Notes: generated by a model not told the origin, from the sequence alone. Shown: positions 1 through 10,900, counted from the first letter of the stretch. The stretch: DNA of 64,000 nt from Clostridium sp. CAG:590 (GCA_000431135.1 HF987891.1:7286-71285), one strand, 5' to 3'. A program made the numbers and translations.

Positions 1-95
1 GTTCCGGATTGTTTGGCGGATTGGGTGCGTTGCTTGGTTAAATGCAGGAGATAATACATCACAGGGAATGGTGATAATATACAAGAAATGGAGGC

Positions 96-1043
96 ATGGA
101 CATGATTAAGATATATCGGACAGACAATAGAGTAATAGGAGAAGAGCATGCCTTTGAACCCGGTTCATGGATTCAGCTTACGGATCCAAGCTCGGATGAG
201 ATTGAATTGATCTCTAAGAAGTTTGATATTGACATTGCCGATGTGCGTGCCGCTATGGATGCGGATGAGAGTTCGCGTGTGGAACTGGAAGATGATTATA
301 CACTGATCCTGATCGATATTCCGATCATTGAGATCCGTAATGACCAGAAAGCATATACAGCGATTCCGTTAGGTATTTTATTGTTAGATGAATATCTGAT
401 TACGATCTGTGCGGAGGAGACACCGGTACTGCAGTATTTTATCAATTCCACCGTGCGCGAATTTAGCACAAAGAAACAGATGCGTTTTGTATATCAGATC
501 CTATACCGGAGTTGTATGGTTTATCAGTTGTATCTGCGTACGATTGATAAGATGCGCACGGAAATTGAGGAACGTGCACAGGAAGATGTGAAAGAGGAAG
601 ATCTGATTATGCTTCATGAGCTGGAGTCGAATCTGGTATATTTTGCCACATCTCTTAGAGCCAATGGCGCAGTGATCGATCGGTTGTCCCGTTATAGCCG
701 GGTACGGCAGTTCCCGGAGGATAAAGATCTCTTAGATGACGTGCGAGTGGAGAATGGACAGGCGATTGAGATGACCGTGATCTATCGTGATATTATACAT
801 GGTACTAGAGAATTGCTTTCAAACATGATCGATATTCGATTGAATAACGTCATGAAATATCTTGCGGCGATAACGATCGTGATGGCGATTCCGAATATTA
901 TTTCCGGTTTCTATGGTATGAATGTGGCGGCAAACTGGGTTCCGCTTCAATCAACGCCGTTCGGATTTGGAATCATTTGCGTGGCAACGTTTGTGGTGTG
1001 TATTTTTGTTCTCAAGGTTCTTAAGAAAAAGAAGATGCTTTGA
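96..1043 (+). CDS. corA: CorA-family Mg2+/Co2+ transporter
   Basis: 315 aa; C-terminal two TM helices with the YGMN signature (GFYGMNVAANW); acidic N-terminal cytoplasmic domain. Confidence 0.85.
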   Translation: MDMIKIYRTDNRVIGEEHAFEPGSWIQLTDPSSDEIELISKKFDIDIADVRAAMDADESSRVELEDDYTLILIDIPIIEIRNDQKAYTAIPLGILLLDEYLITICAEETPVLQYFINSTVREFSTKKQMRFVYQILYRSCMVYQLYLRTIDKMRTEIEERAQEDVKEEDLIMLHELESNLVYFATSLRANGAVIDRLSRYSRVRQFPEDKDLLDDVRVENGQAIEMTVIYRDIIHGTRELLSNMIDIRLNNVMKYLAAITIVMAIPNIISGFYGMNVAANWVPLQSTPFGFGIICVATFVVCIFVLKVLKKKKML

Positions 1044-1075
1044 TCATTGCATGAAACCAATATTTCACTAGATAG

Positions 1076-1136
1076 AAAAAGATGGCATATACAGAGATGA
1101 TGTATAATCAATATTCTGCATATGCCATCTTTTTGT
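1076..1136. terminator. Bidirectional rho-independent terminator between convergent corA and the PPIase gene
   Basis: Inverted repeat GATGGCATAT...ATATGCCATC followed by TTTTTG; sits between two convergent stop codons. Confidence 0.5.
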
Positions 1137-1171
1137 ATTAATACGGTCTGTATTGTTGTGTACAATCCGGA

Positions 1172-1693
1172 TTATTGTACTTTGACCGGTTCCGGATATT
1201 CCTCTCCGAATGTCTCTACTGTGATTGACTTGATCTTCTGTTCCTGAAGCGGTTTGTCATAATAATCAGTCTCTACACAGGCAATCTTGTCAACAATATC
1301 CAGGCCTTCTGTCACTTTTCCGAATGCAGCGTACTGTCCATCTAAATGAGGAGAAGTCTTGTGCATAATAAAGATCTGGGAACCTGCAGAATCCGGCATC
1401 ATGGAACGAGCCATGGAAAGTACGCCGGGTGTGTGTTTTAAATTATTCTCGAATCCGTTCATAGCAAATTCGCCTTTGATGCTGTATCCGGGACCGCCCA
1501 TTCCGGTTCCGTCCGGACAACCGCCCTGAATCATGAATCCTTTGATGACGCGGTGGAAGATTAATCCATCATAAAATCCCTTTTGAACTAAAGAAATGAA
1601 GTTGTTTACTGTGTTTGGTGCGATATCCGGATAAAGTTCTGCCTTCATTACATCGCCATTTTCCATAGTAATTGTTACAATTGGATTTGCCAT
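1172..1693 (-). CDS. ppiB: Cyclophilin-type peptidyl-prolyl cis-trans isomerase
   Basis: 173 aa; FHRVIKGFMIQGG and typical cyclophilin motifs. Confidence 0.85.
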   Translation of the reverse strand: MANPIVTITMENGDVMKAELYPDIAPNTVNNFISLVQKGFYDGLIFHRVIKGFMIQGGCPDGTGMGGPGYSIKGEFAMNGFENNLKHTPGVLSMARSMMPDSAGSQIFIMHKTSPHLDGQYAAFGKVTEGLDIVDKIACVETDYYDKPLQEQKIKSITVETFGEEYPEPVKVQ

Positions 1694-1780
1694 AATTATA
1701 TGTCCTTTCTCTGATAAAAGTATATACGGATTTTAACATTTTCACAGGCACATTACAAGTAGAGGAATTATGAACAGGAT

Positions 1781-1900
1781 GGTCATAATTATGACCAAAA
1801 ATTCATAAATGGGTATCGTGTAGCCATAATTGTACATAAAATATACATAAATGTATCTGGAATATTCATAAATGGCACTGTTTTGTTTATTGAAATTCAT
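1781..1900. promoter_or_regulatory. Perfect 16-bp palindrome GGTCATAATTATGACC followed by iterated CATAAATG(G) motifs in a 480-nt AT-rich intergenic region
   Basis: Read directly; a related element recurs at 41869-41950 (see findings). Confidence 0.3.
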
Positions 1901-2177
1901 AATTTTAAACTATAAAATGAGATATATCAACCGGATAACAAACATTATGATGAAGATTTACAAGTAAAAATAAGAAAGGAATGATAAAATGCCTTAAAAC
2001 GACTGGGGAAGAAGCAGTAAATTCGTGTTTTTGCATAATAAATTACTTGCTTATCCTTTGGGAATCATCTATAATAAGCTTAATTATGTATAATAAGAGA
2101 CAAGTGGACGAGCAAGGGTTCATTTGGGTTTAGGATAAGGTGAACTAAGAAGGATATTCCGGAATTAGTATTATATT

Positions 2178-4109
2178 TTGGAAGGGGAATTTGTTATGAA
2201 GAAGATTAGTTTTAGAGTGAGGAGTTTTGACAAAGAACAATTTCTGACCTTTAACATTGATAATGAGGCTGAGTTGGATGAGGAGCTGTTAGACTACCTG
2301 GAAGAAGAGGAACCGGCAGGGATTGTTCCGGTAATCTTTGAAGAGGGTGAAGAGTTTGATACATTTTCTTATAATGTGACGGATAAGATTCGCTTGAGTG
2401 AATTGTCCGAACAGGAGATCAATGCGGAGATGGTATTGTTAGTACTTCGGGGATTGGTAATGGCACTGATCGATATGGCGGAGTATCGTGTTCCGGTATC
2501 TTATCTTGTGTTGAATCGTCATTATATTTATATTGATTCTGATTACAAAGTAGAATTTGTCTGTATCCCTTTGGAAGAGATGCGAGAGGATGTTGATATC
2601 AGTCATTTCCTCCGTAATTTTCTTGCAAGTCTGCGTTTTGAATCGTCTGACAATGATAATTATGTTGCAAGATTATTTACATATATCAATAATCATGAAG
2701 TATTTAATCTTCGGAATATGTTAAGTCTCGTAGAAACACTTATGGAAGATCTCGGAATTGAGATTCCGGATGATGCGAATGAGATATATGCAGAATATCA
2801 TGAGGTGGAAGAGGTAACATCTGATACGACTGTTCTGACAAGTGAAGAGGAGACGGATATTTCCCGGGTGATGGATGATCTGGCGGCAGCAGAAGAATTA
2901 GATGATGCGGAAGATATTGAAACAGCAATGAGTGATCTGGCGGCACAGAGTGAAGAAGATACCGGCAAACTTGCTGCTGAGGGAGAAGTGGATGAGCCTG
3001 AAAAAGTAGAGGAAGAGGAAGCCGAGGAACTGGAAGAAGCAGCAGAAGAGGAAGGCGAGGAACCGGAAGAGATAGAAGAAGAGGAAGCCGAGGAGCCGGA
3101 AGAGGTAGAAGAAAAGGAAGCCAGCGAGCCGGAAGAGGTAGAAGAAGAGGAAGCCGAGAAGCCGGAAGAAGTAGAGGAAAAGGAAACTGATGAGTCAGAA
3201 TCAGAAGAGGCAGAAGAAGCCGAGAAACCGGAAGAAGTAGAGGAAAAGGAAACTGATGAGCCAAAAGAGGCAGAAGAGAAAACCAAGAAACCGGAAGAAG
3301 TAGAGGGTGAAGAACCGGAGCAAAAACCAGCAAAGAAATCAGTGTTGGAATTAGATGAAGAGAGCCAGGAGATGGTGAACAAACTGAAAGAGAAGCTGGC
3401 CGGAAGCAAGAAAGAGAAACAACCAAAGCATACTGAAAAAGAAATAAAGAAACCTACATTTAAGACAAAAGATACATCATCTGTTGGTGTTGTAATCCAG
3501 GATGATCTGGATGAATTTTTGGCAGAAAAAGAGATGGAGGAACAGGTCACACATCATGAAGATTCTGGTCTTAAGATCCGCAAGAATATCAAAGTCAGCC
3601 GTGCCAGCATTTTAAAGAATACACAGGAAGAATTGAAGGCTGCAGAGGAGAAAGAGGCGGAACAGAAAGCCTTAGAGGAAGTGACAGAAGCGGAAGACGA
3701 AGTGACAGAAGTGGCAGAAACGGAAGATGAAGAAGTAGTAAGCAACTCTATCTTAAGTCAGACAATCAGCGGGGCGACCGGACTGTTAAGAGGCAATGTG
3801 AATGTTCCGAAGGTTAATCCTTATCTGATCCGTGTTAATACGAATGAGAGAATTATGATTACAAAACAGAACTTCAAAGTTGGGAAAGCAAGTATGGGTG
3901 TAGATTATACAGTGAAGGGAAATGGTGCAGTCAGCAGAGTGCATGCAGTGATTATGAACAAAGACGGTATCTATTATATTCGTGATAACAAATCTACAAA
4001 TCATACATATGTAAATGGTAAGATGCTTGAAGAAGGAGAGAATGAATTGTTAACACAGGATTGTAAGATTGTTCTTGGTGATGAGGAATTCATATTCAAG
4101 TTGCGTTAA
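2178..4109 (+). CDS. FHA-domain protein with a long acidic repeat linker
   Basis: 643 aa; C-terminal FHA signature (GKASMGVDYTVKGNGAVSRVHAVI...YYIRDNKSTNHTYVNGK); central E/P-rich repeats EEAEEPEEVEE; RBS GGAAGGGGAA upstream. Confidence 0.8.
   Translation: MEGEFVMKKISFRVRSFDKEQFLTFNIDNEAELDEELLDYLEEEEPAGIVPVIFEEGEEFDTFSYNVTDKIRLSELSEQEINAEMVLLVLRGLVMALIDMAEYRVPVSYLVLNRHYIYIDSDYKVEFVCIPLEEMREDVDISHFLRNFLASLRFESSDNDNYVARLFTYINNHEVFNLRNMLSLVETLMEDLGIEIPDDANEIYAEYHEVEEVTSDTTVLTSEEETDISRVMDDLAAAEELDDAEDIETAMSDLAAQSEEDTGKLAAEGEVDEPEKVEEEEAEELEEAAEEEGEEPEEIEEEEAEEPEEVEEKEASEPEEVEEEEAEKPEEVEEKETDESESEEAEEAEKPEEVEEKETDEPKEAEEKTKKPEEVEGEEPEQKPAKKSVLELDEESQEMVNKLKEKLAGSKKEKQPKHTEKEIKKPTFKTKDTSSVGVVIQDDLDEFLAEKEMEEQVTHHEDSGLKIRKNIKVSRASILKNTQEELKAAEEKEAEQKALEEVTEAEDEVTEVAETEDEEVVSNSILSQTISGATGLLRGNVNVPKVNPYLIRVNTNERIMITKQNFKVGKASMGVDYTVKGNGAVSRVHAVIMNKDGIYYIRDNKSTNHTYVNGKMLEEGENELLTQDCKIVLGDEEFIFKLR
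2990..3320 (+). repeat. Imperfect tandem coding repeat (units about 33-39 nt) encoding an (E-A-E-K/E-P-E-E-V-E-E-K-E)n acidic linker
   Basis: Repeated gaagaggaagccgagga(a/g)ccggaagaggtagaa units; generates the spurious antisense ORFs 2740-3550. Confidence 0.6.
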
Positions 4110-4226
4110 TTAGAAATGGTAAGAGACCATTGCATGAAGATGTGTAGGAGAGTCTTTAGTGCGATGGTCTTTTCTTATCATTTTCGTAATTGTTAGAGAT
4201 GGAAACAGAAGATTGAGGAGAGTGGA

Positions 4227-5000
4227 ATGGAGATTATAGCGGCCTGTTATTCAGATATTGGGAGATTTAAGCAGATTAATCAGGATTCGTTGTCTGTCAG
4301 GATTGTGAATTCCCCACATGGTAAGATTGCCTTTGCGTTAATTTGTGATGGCATGGGAGGTCTGGAACATGGGGAGCTTGCAAGCAAAGAGGCAATTCTG
4401 GCAATGAACCAATGGTTTCAGGATGAATTTGCTCAATTAGTAGCAGAGAACAGGGTAACGGAAGACAGGTTATACAAACAGTGGCAGGATGTGATAGAGA
4501 GTGTGAACGGACGTCTTGCGGCATATGCACAGACTCAGGGCGTGTCGATGGGAACAACACTTACAGCATTGCTGTTATATAGGGATAATTATTATATTTG
4601 TCATGTTGGAGATAGTCGGATCTATAAGATAGCGGATCGCATATTGCAGATAACGGAAGATCATTCGCTTGTTGCAAAAGAGGTGGAATTAGGTTATCTG
4701 ACCAAAGAACAGGCATTGGTAGATCCGAGACGTAGTGTATTGTTACAATGTGTTGGGGCATCTGACACGGTCAATCCACAATTTGAAAAAGGACAGATTC
4801 CGGAACGGGTGACGTTTGTGTTATCTTCCGATGGATTTGTGCACATGTTGAGTGAAGAAGAGATTTTTCAGTATTTTCAACCGGATCAGATTCGGAATAA
4901 GGAACAACTAACTGCAATATGCAAAGAGGCGACAGAAATTGTAATGGAGCGGGGCGAAAGAGATAATATTACCGTGGCTGCACTTACCTGCAGACAGTGA
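4227..5000 (+). CDS. PP2C-family Ser/Thr protein phosphatase (Stp-like)
   Basis: 257 aa; LICDGMGG metal-binding motif and typical PP2C layout; immediately upstream of the kinase. Confidence 0.85.
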   Translation: MEIIAACYSDIGRFKQINQDSLSVRIVNSPHGKIAFALICDGMGGLEHGELASKEAILAMNQWFQDEFAQLVAENRVTEDRLYKQWQDVIESVNGRLAAYAQTQGVSMGTTLTALLLYRDNYYICHVGDSRIYKIADRILQITEDHSLVAKEVELGYLTKEQALVDPRRSVLLQCVGASDTVNPQFEKGQIPERVTFVLSSDGFVHMLSEEEIFQYFQPDQIRNKEQLTAICKEATEIVMERGERDNITVAALTCRQ

Positions 5001-5035
5001 ACAGGTAGATATTAGGTTGAGAGAGGGTAGCGTGT

Positions 5036-7060
5036 ATGACTAGAGTTGGCACTGTATTGGGTGGCAAATATGAAATACTTAAAAAAATAGGGCAAGGTGG
5101 AATGTCTATTGTTTATGTGGCAATGGATACCCGGTTGAACAAGCAGTGGGCGGTTAAGGAGATCAAACAGAATCCGAAACAGGACACAAGAACACTTTTA
5201 AAAGGTTTACAGATGGAAGCTAACATTTTGAAAATGGTAGATCATCCTGTGTTGCCAAGAATTGTTGATATTATTAATTATAATGGAACGGTTTTTGTTG
5301 TAATGGATTATATCGAGGGACGGCCATTGAGTGAGGTGTTGAAGTTAGAAGGAGCGCAGCCGCAGGAAAAGGTGATCGAATGGGCGAAGGATCTGTGTAG
5401 TGCGTTGGATTATTTGCACTCTATGAATCCGCCGATCATTTATCGGGATATGAAGCCGTCTAATATTATGCTGAAACCGGATGGAAAAGTAAAAATGATT
5501 GATTTTGGTACGGCAAAGGAATTTGATGTAGAAAGCCTTGCGGATACGACAGCGCTTGGAACCAGAGGGTATGCAGCGCCGGAGCAGTTTGGGGATGCAA
5601 GAGGGCGAGGTATTCACAAAACAGATGCGAGAACAGATATATATAGTTTGGGTGCAACGCTTTATCATGTACTGACAGGAAAGAATCCAAGTGAACCGCC
5701 GTATGTGATCAAGCCGATTCGTGATTGGGATCCGTCGTTATCAAGTGGATTAGAGAAGATCATTAACAAATGCACTATGCCGAATCCGGAAGATCGTTAT
5801 CAGTCTTGTACGGAGCTGATATATGATCTGGAACATTATGAGGAGTTGGATGATGCATTTAAGAGATCGTGCTTGAAGAAGATGCGCAGCTTTTTGATCT
5901 GCGCGGGGTTGACGGTTACTTTTGCGGCAGTTGCAATTGGTGGATATATCGGAAATGAACGGGAAAAGAAACTGAATTATGATAATCTGATCAACGAAGG
6001 TTATGCAGATGTCGTACAGGGAGATTATGAAGGAGCAGCCGGTTTATATGTAGATGCGATCACGCAGGTAGATGGCAGCCGGAATGAAGCATATCTGGAT
6101 TTGCTGGATTTGTATATCAATTATATGAATGATGCCGAGACAGGACTTAGCAGGGTAACATATTACATAGACCAACAGTACGATTCAATTGATAAGGATC
6201 AGAAATTATTATTGACGGTTGCGATGGATTATTTCGATGTATTAAAAGATTACAAATCCAGTGCATATTATTTTAATATGCTGGATCAGAAAGAACATCC
6301 GGAGGCGGTATATTATTCAACAATCGCACTTGCGATGGGTGAGCTGAATGTAGATTATGAGAGTCTGACGTTTAATTTGAAGAATTTTGAATCAACAAAT
6401 GATGCTTCCACAATTTCAATTAATAAGTTGATGAATTACCGGTTGTTGTGTATTGTATATGCAAGGAATTTGCAGCAAATGGGAGATGCGGCCGACAGAT
6501 TGATCGAAGCGGCGAATAAGGGACTTGCAGTACTTGAAGTATATGATGATGATAGTGTGAAAGCGGAGTATTACACTATTTATAATCAATATCTTGCTCT
6601 TGCATATGAGAGACTTGGACAAAAATATATAGAAGAGGATCCGCAACGCTCACAGGAGAATTACGAAAAAGCATTGGAATGTTGTGATTTTATATTAGGC
6701 ATGGTAACAGCGGGTGACGGCAAGACGGTTGGCAGTATTACAGATGAGAAACTTCGGGAGGCAAAATATTGCCAAAAAGCAGAGATATATGAAATGCTGC
6801 AGGAGTACGACAAGGCGGATGAGGTGTATATTCAGGCTGAGGAGGAGTTTGGCAGGACGAGTATAGCGGTGTATGCCGGACATTTGTCTTTGCTCTGTAA
6901 GATGGAGGAATTGAAGACTACGGATGTTGAAAAATGGGATTATAACAGACTCCATAAGCTTTATGAACAGGGACAACAGGTGCCTGAGATCCAGAATGAC
7001 TATCGGTGGAAACAGCTGACACAGAAGCTTTCTCCATTGTTTGGAAAGAATGGGGGATGA
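5036..7060 (+). CDS. Hanks-type Ser/Thr protein kinase with a single TM helix and a C-terminal helical-repeat (TPR-like) ectodomain, no PASTA
   Basis: GQGGMSIV P-loop, AVKEI, YRDMKPSNIM catalytic loop, DFG, APE; TM near residues 285-305; extracytoplasmic region rich in Y/L/D, about 370 aa. Confidence 0.85.
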   Translation: MTRVGTVLGGKYEILKKIGQGGMSIVYVAMDTRLNKQWAVKEIKQNPKQDTRTLLKGLQMEANILKMVDHPVLPRIVDIINYNGTVFVVMDYIEGRPLSEVLKLEGAQPQEKVIEWAKDLCSALDYLHSMNPPIIYRDMKPSNIMLKPDGKVKMIDFGTAKEFDVESLADTTALGTRGYAAPEQFGDARGRGIHKTDARTDIYSLGATLYHVLTGKNPSEPPYVIKPIRDWDPSLSSGLEKIINKCTMPNPEDRYQSCTELIYDLEHYEELDDAFKRSCLKKMRSFLICAGLTVTFAAVAIGGYIGNEREKKLNYDNLINEGYADVVQGDYEGAAGLYVDAITQVDGSRNEAYLDLLDLYINYMNDAETGLSRVTYYIDQQYDSIDKDQKLLLTVAMDYFDVLKDYKSSAYYFNMLDQKEHPEAVYYSTIALAMGELNVDYESLTFNLKNFESTNDASTISINKLMNYRLLCIVYARNLQQMGDAADRLIEAANKGLAVLEVYDDDSVKAEYYTIYNQYLALAYERLGQKYIEEDPQRSQENYEKALECCDFILGMVTAGDGKTVGSITDEKLREAKYCQKAEIYEMLQEYDKADEVYIQAEEEFGRTSIAVYAGHLSLLCKMEELKTTDVEKWDYNRLHKLYEQGQQVPEIQNDYRWKQLTQKLSPLFGKNGG

Positions 7061-7065
7061 TTGTT

Positions 7066-7971
7066 ATGTATGAGATTATGTTTTATGCAGGAACCGTACT
7101 TGCGTGTCTGTTTTTAATTATATCCATTATTCTATTTATTAAAAATGGTGTATGGAAACTGATGGGAGATGTAACCGGTCTCAATGCAAGAAGAGCGATT
7201 AAGAAATTAGATAAAAAGGGTGCAGAGGATACTTCGAAGACGGAAGCGATTCATCAGGAAGTCAGTAAGGTATTGGTTCGTCGGGCAACTACAACAGGAT
7301 CATTGCAGGCGGTAACGGAATCAATCGAAAAAGACAAAGCGCAAAGATCTGACAGGAAAAAAACACGGAAACGTCGCACAAGAGAAGAAAAGACGATACT
7401 TTTACAGAATACACAGGAGCAGGCTAACAGCAATAATATATTTGAAATAGAAGATGAGATGATCATATTAGCAGGTGACCAAAAAGATTCTGTGGCAAAG
7501 GAAAATGAGGCTGAAGGTGAATACACCACATTGTTGACGCCGGGAGGTTCTGCGAATGTAACGGATGAGAATACAGATGAGATTACGACCCGGTTATATG
7601 CAGAGGATGTTACGACAGATGTACTTTCAGAGGATGACGTGACGGATGTGCTATACACAGAAGAAGACCGGCAGACAGCATTGCTGACGCCGGAAGGAGA
7701 TGACAGTCAGACGACCTTGTTGACACCGGAAGGGGATGATAGTCAGACGACCTTGTTGACGTCGGAAGGAGATGACAGTCAGACGACCTTGTTGACACTA
7801 GAAGGAGATGACAGTCAAACGACCTTGTTGACACTAGAAGGAGATGACAGTCAAACAACATTGTTGACACCGGAGGCGGAGATTACACCGTTTGAGCCGG
7901 TATTACAGGAAGATGAGGAATTAATGAGTCTGTTAAAGGATGCTGTAGCGAAGAATCAAGGCAGAGATTAG
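7066..7971 (+). CDS. Single-pass membrane protein with a charged region and six copies of TTLLTPEGDDSQ
   Basis: N-terminal TM (FYAGTVLACLFLIISIILFI); start chosen at ATG 7066 with GGGGGA RBS (in-frame ATG 7057 overlaps the kinase stop); C-terminal 13-aa tandem repeats. Confidence 0.55.
   Translation: MYEIMFYAGTVLACLFLIISIILFIKNGVWKLMGDVTGLNARRAIKKLDKKGAEDTSKTEAIHQEVSKVLVRRATTTGSLQAVTESIEKDKAQRSDRKKTRKRRTREEKTILLQNTQEQANSNNIFEIEDEMIILAGDQKDSVAKENEAEGEYTTLLTPGGSANVTDENTDEITTRLYAEDVTTDVLSEDDVTDVLYTEEDRQTALLTPEGDDSQTTLLTPEGDDSQTTLLTSEGDDSQTTLLTLEGDDSQTTLLTLEGDDSQTTLLTPEAEITPFEPVLQEDEELMSLLKDAVAKNQGRD
7671..7880 (+). repeat. Near-perfect 39-nt tandem repeat, about 5.5 copies (cagacgaccttgttgacaccggaaggggatgatagt)
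   Basis: Read directly; only 1-3 substitutions per copy. Confidence 0.8.
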
Positions 7972-7992
7972 AAAAAAGGGGAATGACGACGA

Positions 7993-10900
7993 TTGAATAG
8001 GGGAAGAAAATACCGAAAGACAATTGCATATTGCATGATCTGGTTATTGCTTTTGCAGTTGCTGCCGGGGGAAAGAATGGTTGCCACGCAAGCTGCTGAT
8101 GTACAACAGATTGCACAGATTACGATAACTGCACAGAATGAATATACACCGGATGATTGTAAAAAGATCAACGGGGAAGATGTATGGGAGTTGTCCTATG
8201 TGATTGACCATTTAGGAGAAGGGAATCCTGTGTATCTCACAGTGAAACAGACAACAGATGGTTCGGATGTCCTGTTGACGGACAAAGAATTATTAACCGG
8301 AACAGATCTGGAATGGGATACAGAGGGTAGAAGTGATAGTGTGGCAGTGCATTTTCAGGATAGTGCATCTGATAAGGCAACCTTAATCCTGAAGAAGCCG
8401 CAAACGGAATGCGATTATGAGATTGCAATTGAGGTTGAAGATCTTGCAGGTGTTCAGGTTGCAAAAGAGACAAAGAATATCCATTTTGGGAAAGCAATTG
8501 CGCCACCGGATATCGTGCTCAGGAATGTGGATGCAGTGGTTGCGGGATCTGTTGTGGATTCTGTGGCAGACGGAACCTGGACGAATAAAGATGTAGCATT
8601 TGATGTAGAGGTGAAGGATGGGACGACCGGTCTGGTTAAGGTGACTTATGAGTTAGATGGACAACCGGTAGATTCTCCGCAGACATGGGATGCGGCCGCA
8701 CCGGAAAAGAATGCGGTAACAAAAAAGTTTTCTTTTGATACAAGTGCGGCTTCTAGTCAGGGACATGTTTTAAAAGTGACGGCGGAGAATGCGAAGGGAA
8801 AAGACGCAACGCTCACAAAGTATATCTTAATAGACAAAGGGAAACCAGCAATCTCTTTGCATGTAAAAGGTGATGAGACGAAAACGGTTGAGAATACCGT
8901 GTATAAGGCACCGTTCGAGATTGAGGCAGCAGTAACGGATGATCTGCCAACAGATATGGTGTCGGTTCAATATAAGGTCAATGGAATATCAGACAGCAAC
9001 AAACAGAATGTTCGAACATTTGATGCAGGGCAGTATGTTGTTTCGGCAATTGCTACGGATGCAGCCGGTAATTCGACCGAATCTGCCGAGGTAACATTTC
9101 AGGTGGACGGAGCTGCCCCGACGGTGACAAAGCTCTCTTCACAGAGTGATGGAGGATACTACCGCTCCAAACAGACATTTCAATATCAGGTAGATGATGA
9201 TTGCTTAAATGGCGGCAAAACAACGCTTACGGTTAAGAGAACGATAGATGGTATCAGTACATTGGATCCAAAGACGGTTTCCTTGTCGGATACAGAGAAT
9301 ACGGTAACGTATGATTGCGAAGAGGAAGGATTGTATGAATTTACAATAACCGCGGAAGATGCAGTGGGAAATACGCTGCCGGAGCCGTACACATTTCGTT
9401 TTATCATTGACAAGAAAGCACCAACGATTTCAGTAGATGCAAGTGATAAGAATGGAACCGGGCTGGCAAACGAAGGAATGTCCAGACAGGGTGTGAAAAT
9501 TTCTTTGCAGATAACAGACCGGAATCCGGATCTTTCAGGATATTCTATTGTTACAGAGAGAACGGATGGGGATGGCCATAAAACGACCGTTACCCGGTAT
9601 GGAACGCAGATTGCGTGGAACACAGAGGGTGATCCGGCAAAATGCGAGGAGATTCGCAAGTCTGTGGAACTCCCTTATGAGGAAGAGGGATATTATACGG
9701 TTACATTTTCGGCAAAGGATCAAGCCGGCAATGACAATAGTAAGAAGTTTTCCTTTTACATTGACCGTTCAGCTCCGGTTATCAATGAAAATGACATTGC
9801 ATACCGGTCAAATGGTATCTCATTGAGTTTAAAATATGGAATGATCTTTAGTAGCCGGGCAATTCAGGTAACATTCCCGGTAAGAGACAGCATTTCGGGA
9901 TTGTTATATGATGGCAATGCCGGTGCGGTGTATGTAACGATCGGAACAAAGGATCAGAAAGCACCGGATAGTATGATTTATCCGGCTGACCGGATTGGAA
10001 ACAGTGAGTATTACTCTGTAATGCTTCCGTTAGAGAAGGTGAAGCAGTTTGATAATCAGATTACAATCTGGGCAAAGGATCAATTGTTAAATGAAGGGTA
10101 CGCAGAATCAAAGCGGACAATCTATAATGAGAATCCTCCGGTTGTTGCAATGGAGTGGGCAGACAGTAATACTGCAAAGGAGGGTGACTGGTCTGATCGG
10201 GACGTAGTCTATCATACAGTGGTGGAAGATACCTTTTGCGGTATCAGGAAGATCACCTATAAGAAGATTGAGAACGGACAGGAGCAGATTGTAAAAACGG
10301 TTGATTTTACATCATTGGAGAATCAGCAGACGGAGTTTGTCAAGAGACAGGAATATGATTTTGTTGCATCTGATTCTGCAACGACAACGGATGGGTATGA
10401 GTTAAAGATTGAAGTGGAAAATAACTGCGGCAGTACGCAGGAGATGAGCAGGATGGTTTATGTGGATAAGGAACCGCCGAAAGTAGAATTATCCGGAGTG
10501 CAGAATGGTAAGCATTATAATCAGAATCAGACCATACATACCAGAGTAACAGATGTCTCATATAAGGGAACTGCAAATGGAACCAGACAGTCCGCCGTGA
10601 CAACGTATCATGTAACAAGAATGTATGATGGAAAGACGGAAACACTTTTTTGGAAGGATATGATTTCAGATCATATGACGAGTGAACGGGATGATGTTAT
10701 TGCCGAAGAAGGAACGTATGAGATATATGCGAAAACAGTCGATTGTGCAGGCAATACAACAACGTCGGATACGATACGGTTTACGATTGATAAGTATGCT
10801 CCGGTCATTGAGAAAGTACATGTTATGAAAGAACCGTCCGGGGAGCAGATGCCAAACGCAGATGGCATTTATTATCTGAATCGGAATGGACGATATATCG

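Noticed and set aside
2740-3550. Two long minus-strand ORFs (228 and 250 aa) inside the FHA gene
   Set aside because: Low-complexity S/P/L-rich translations of the antisense strand of the GAA/GAG acidic repeat. No RBS; an artefact of the repeat.
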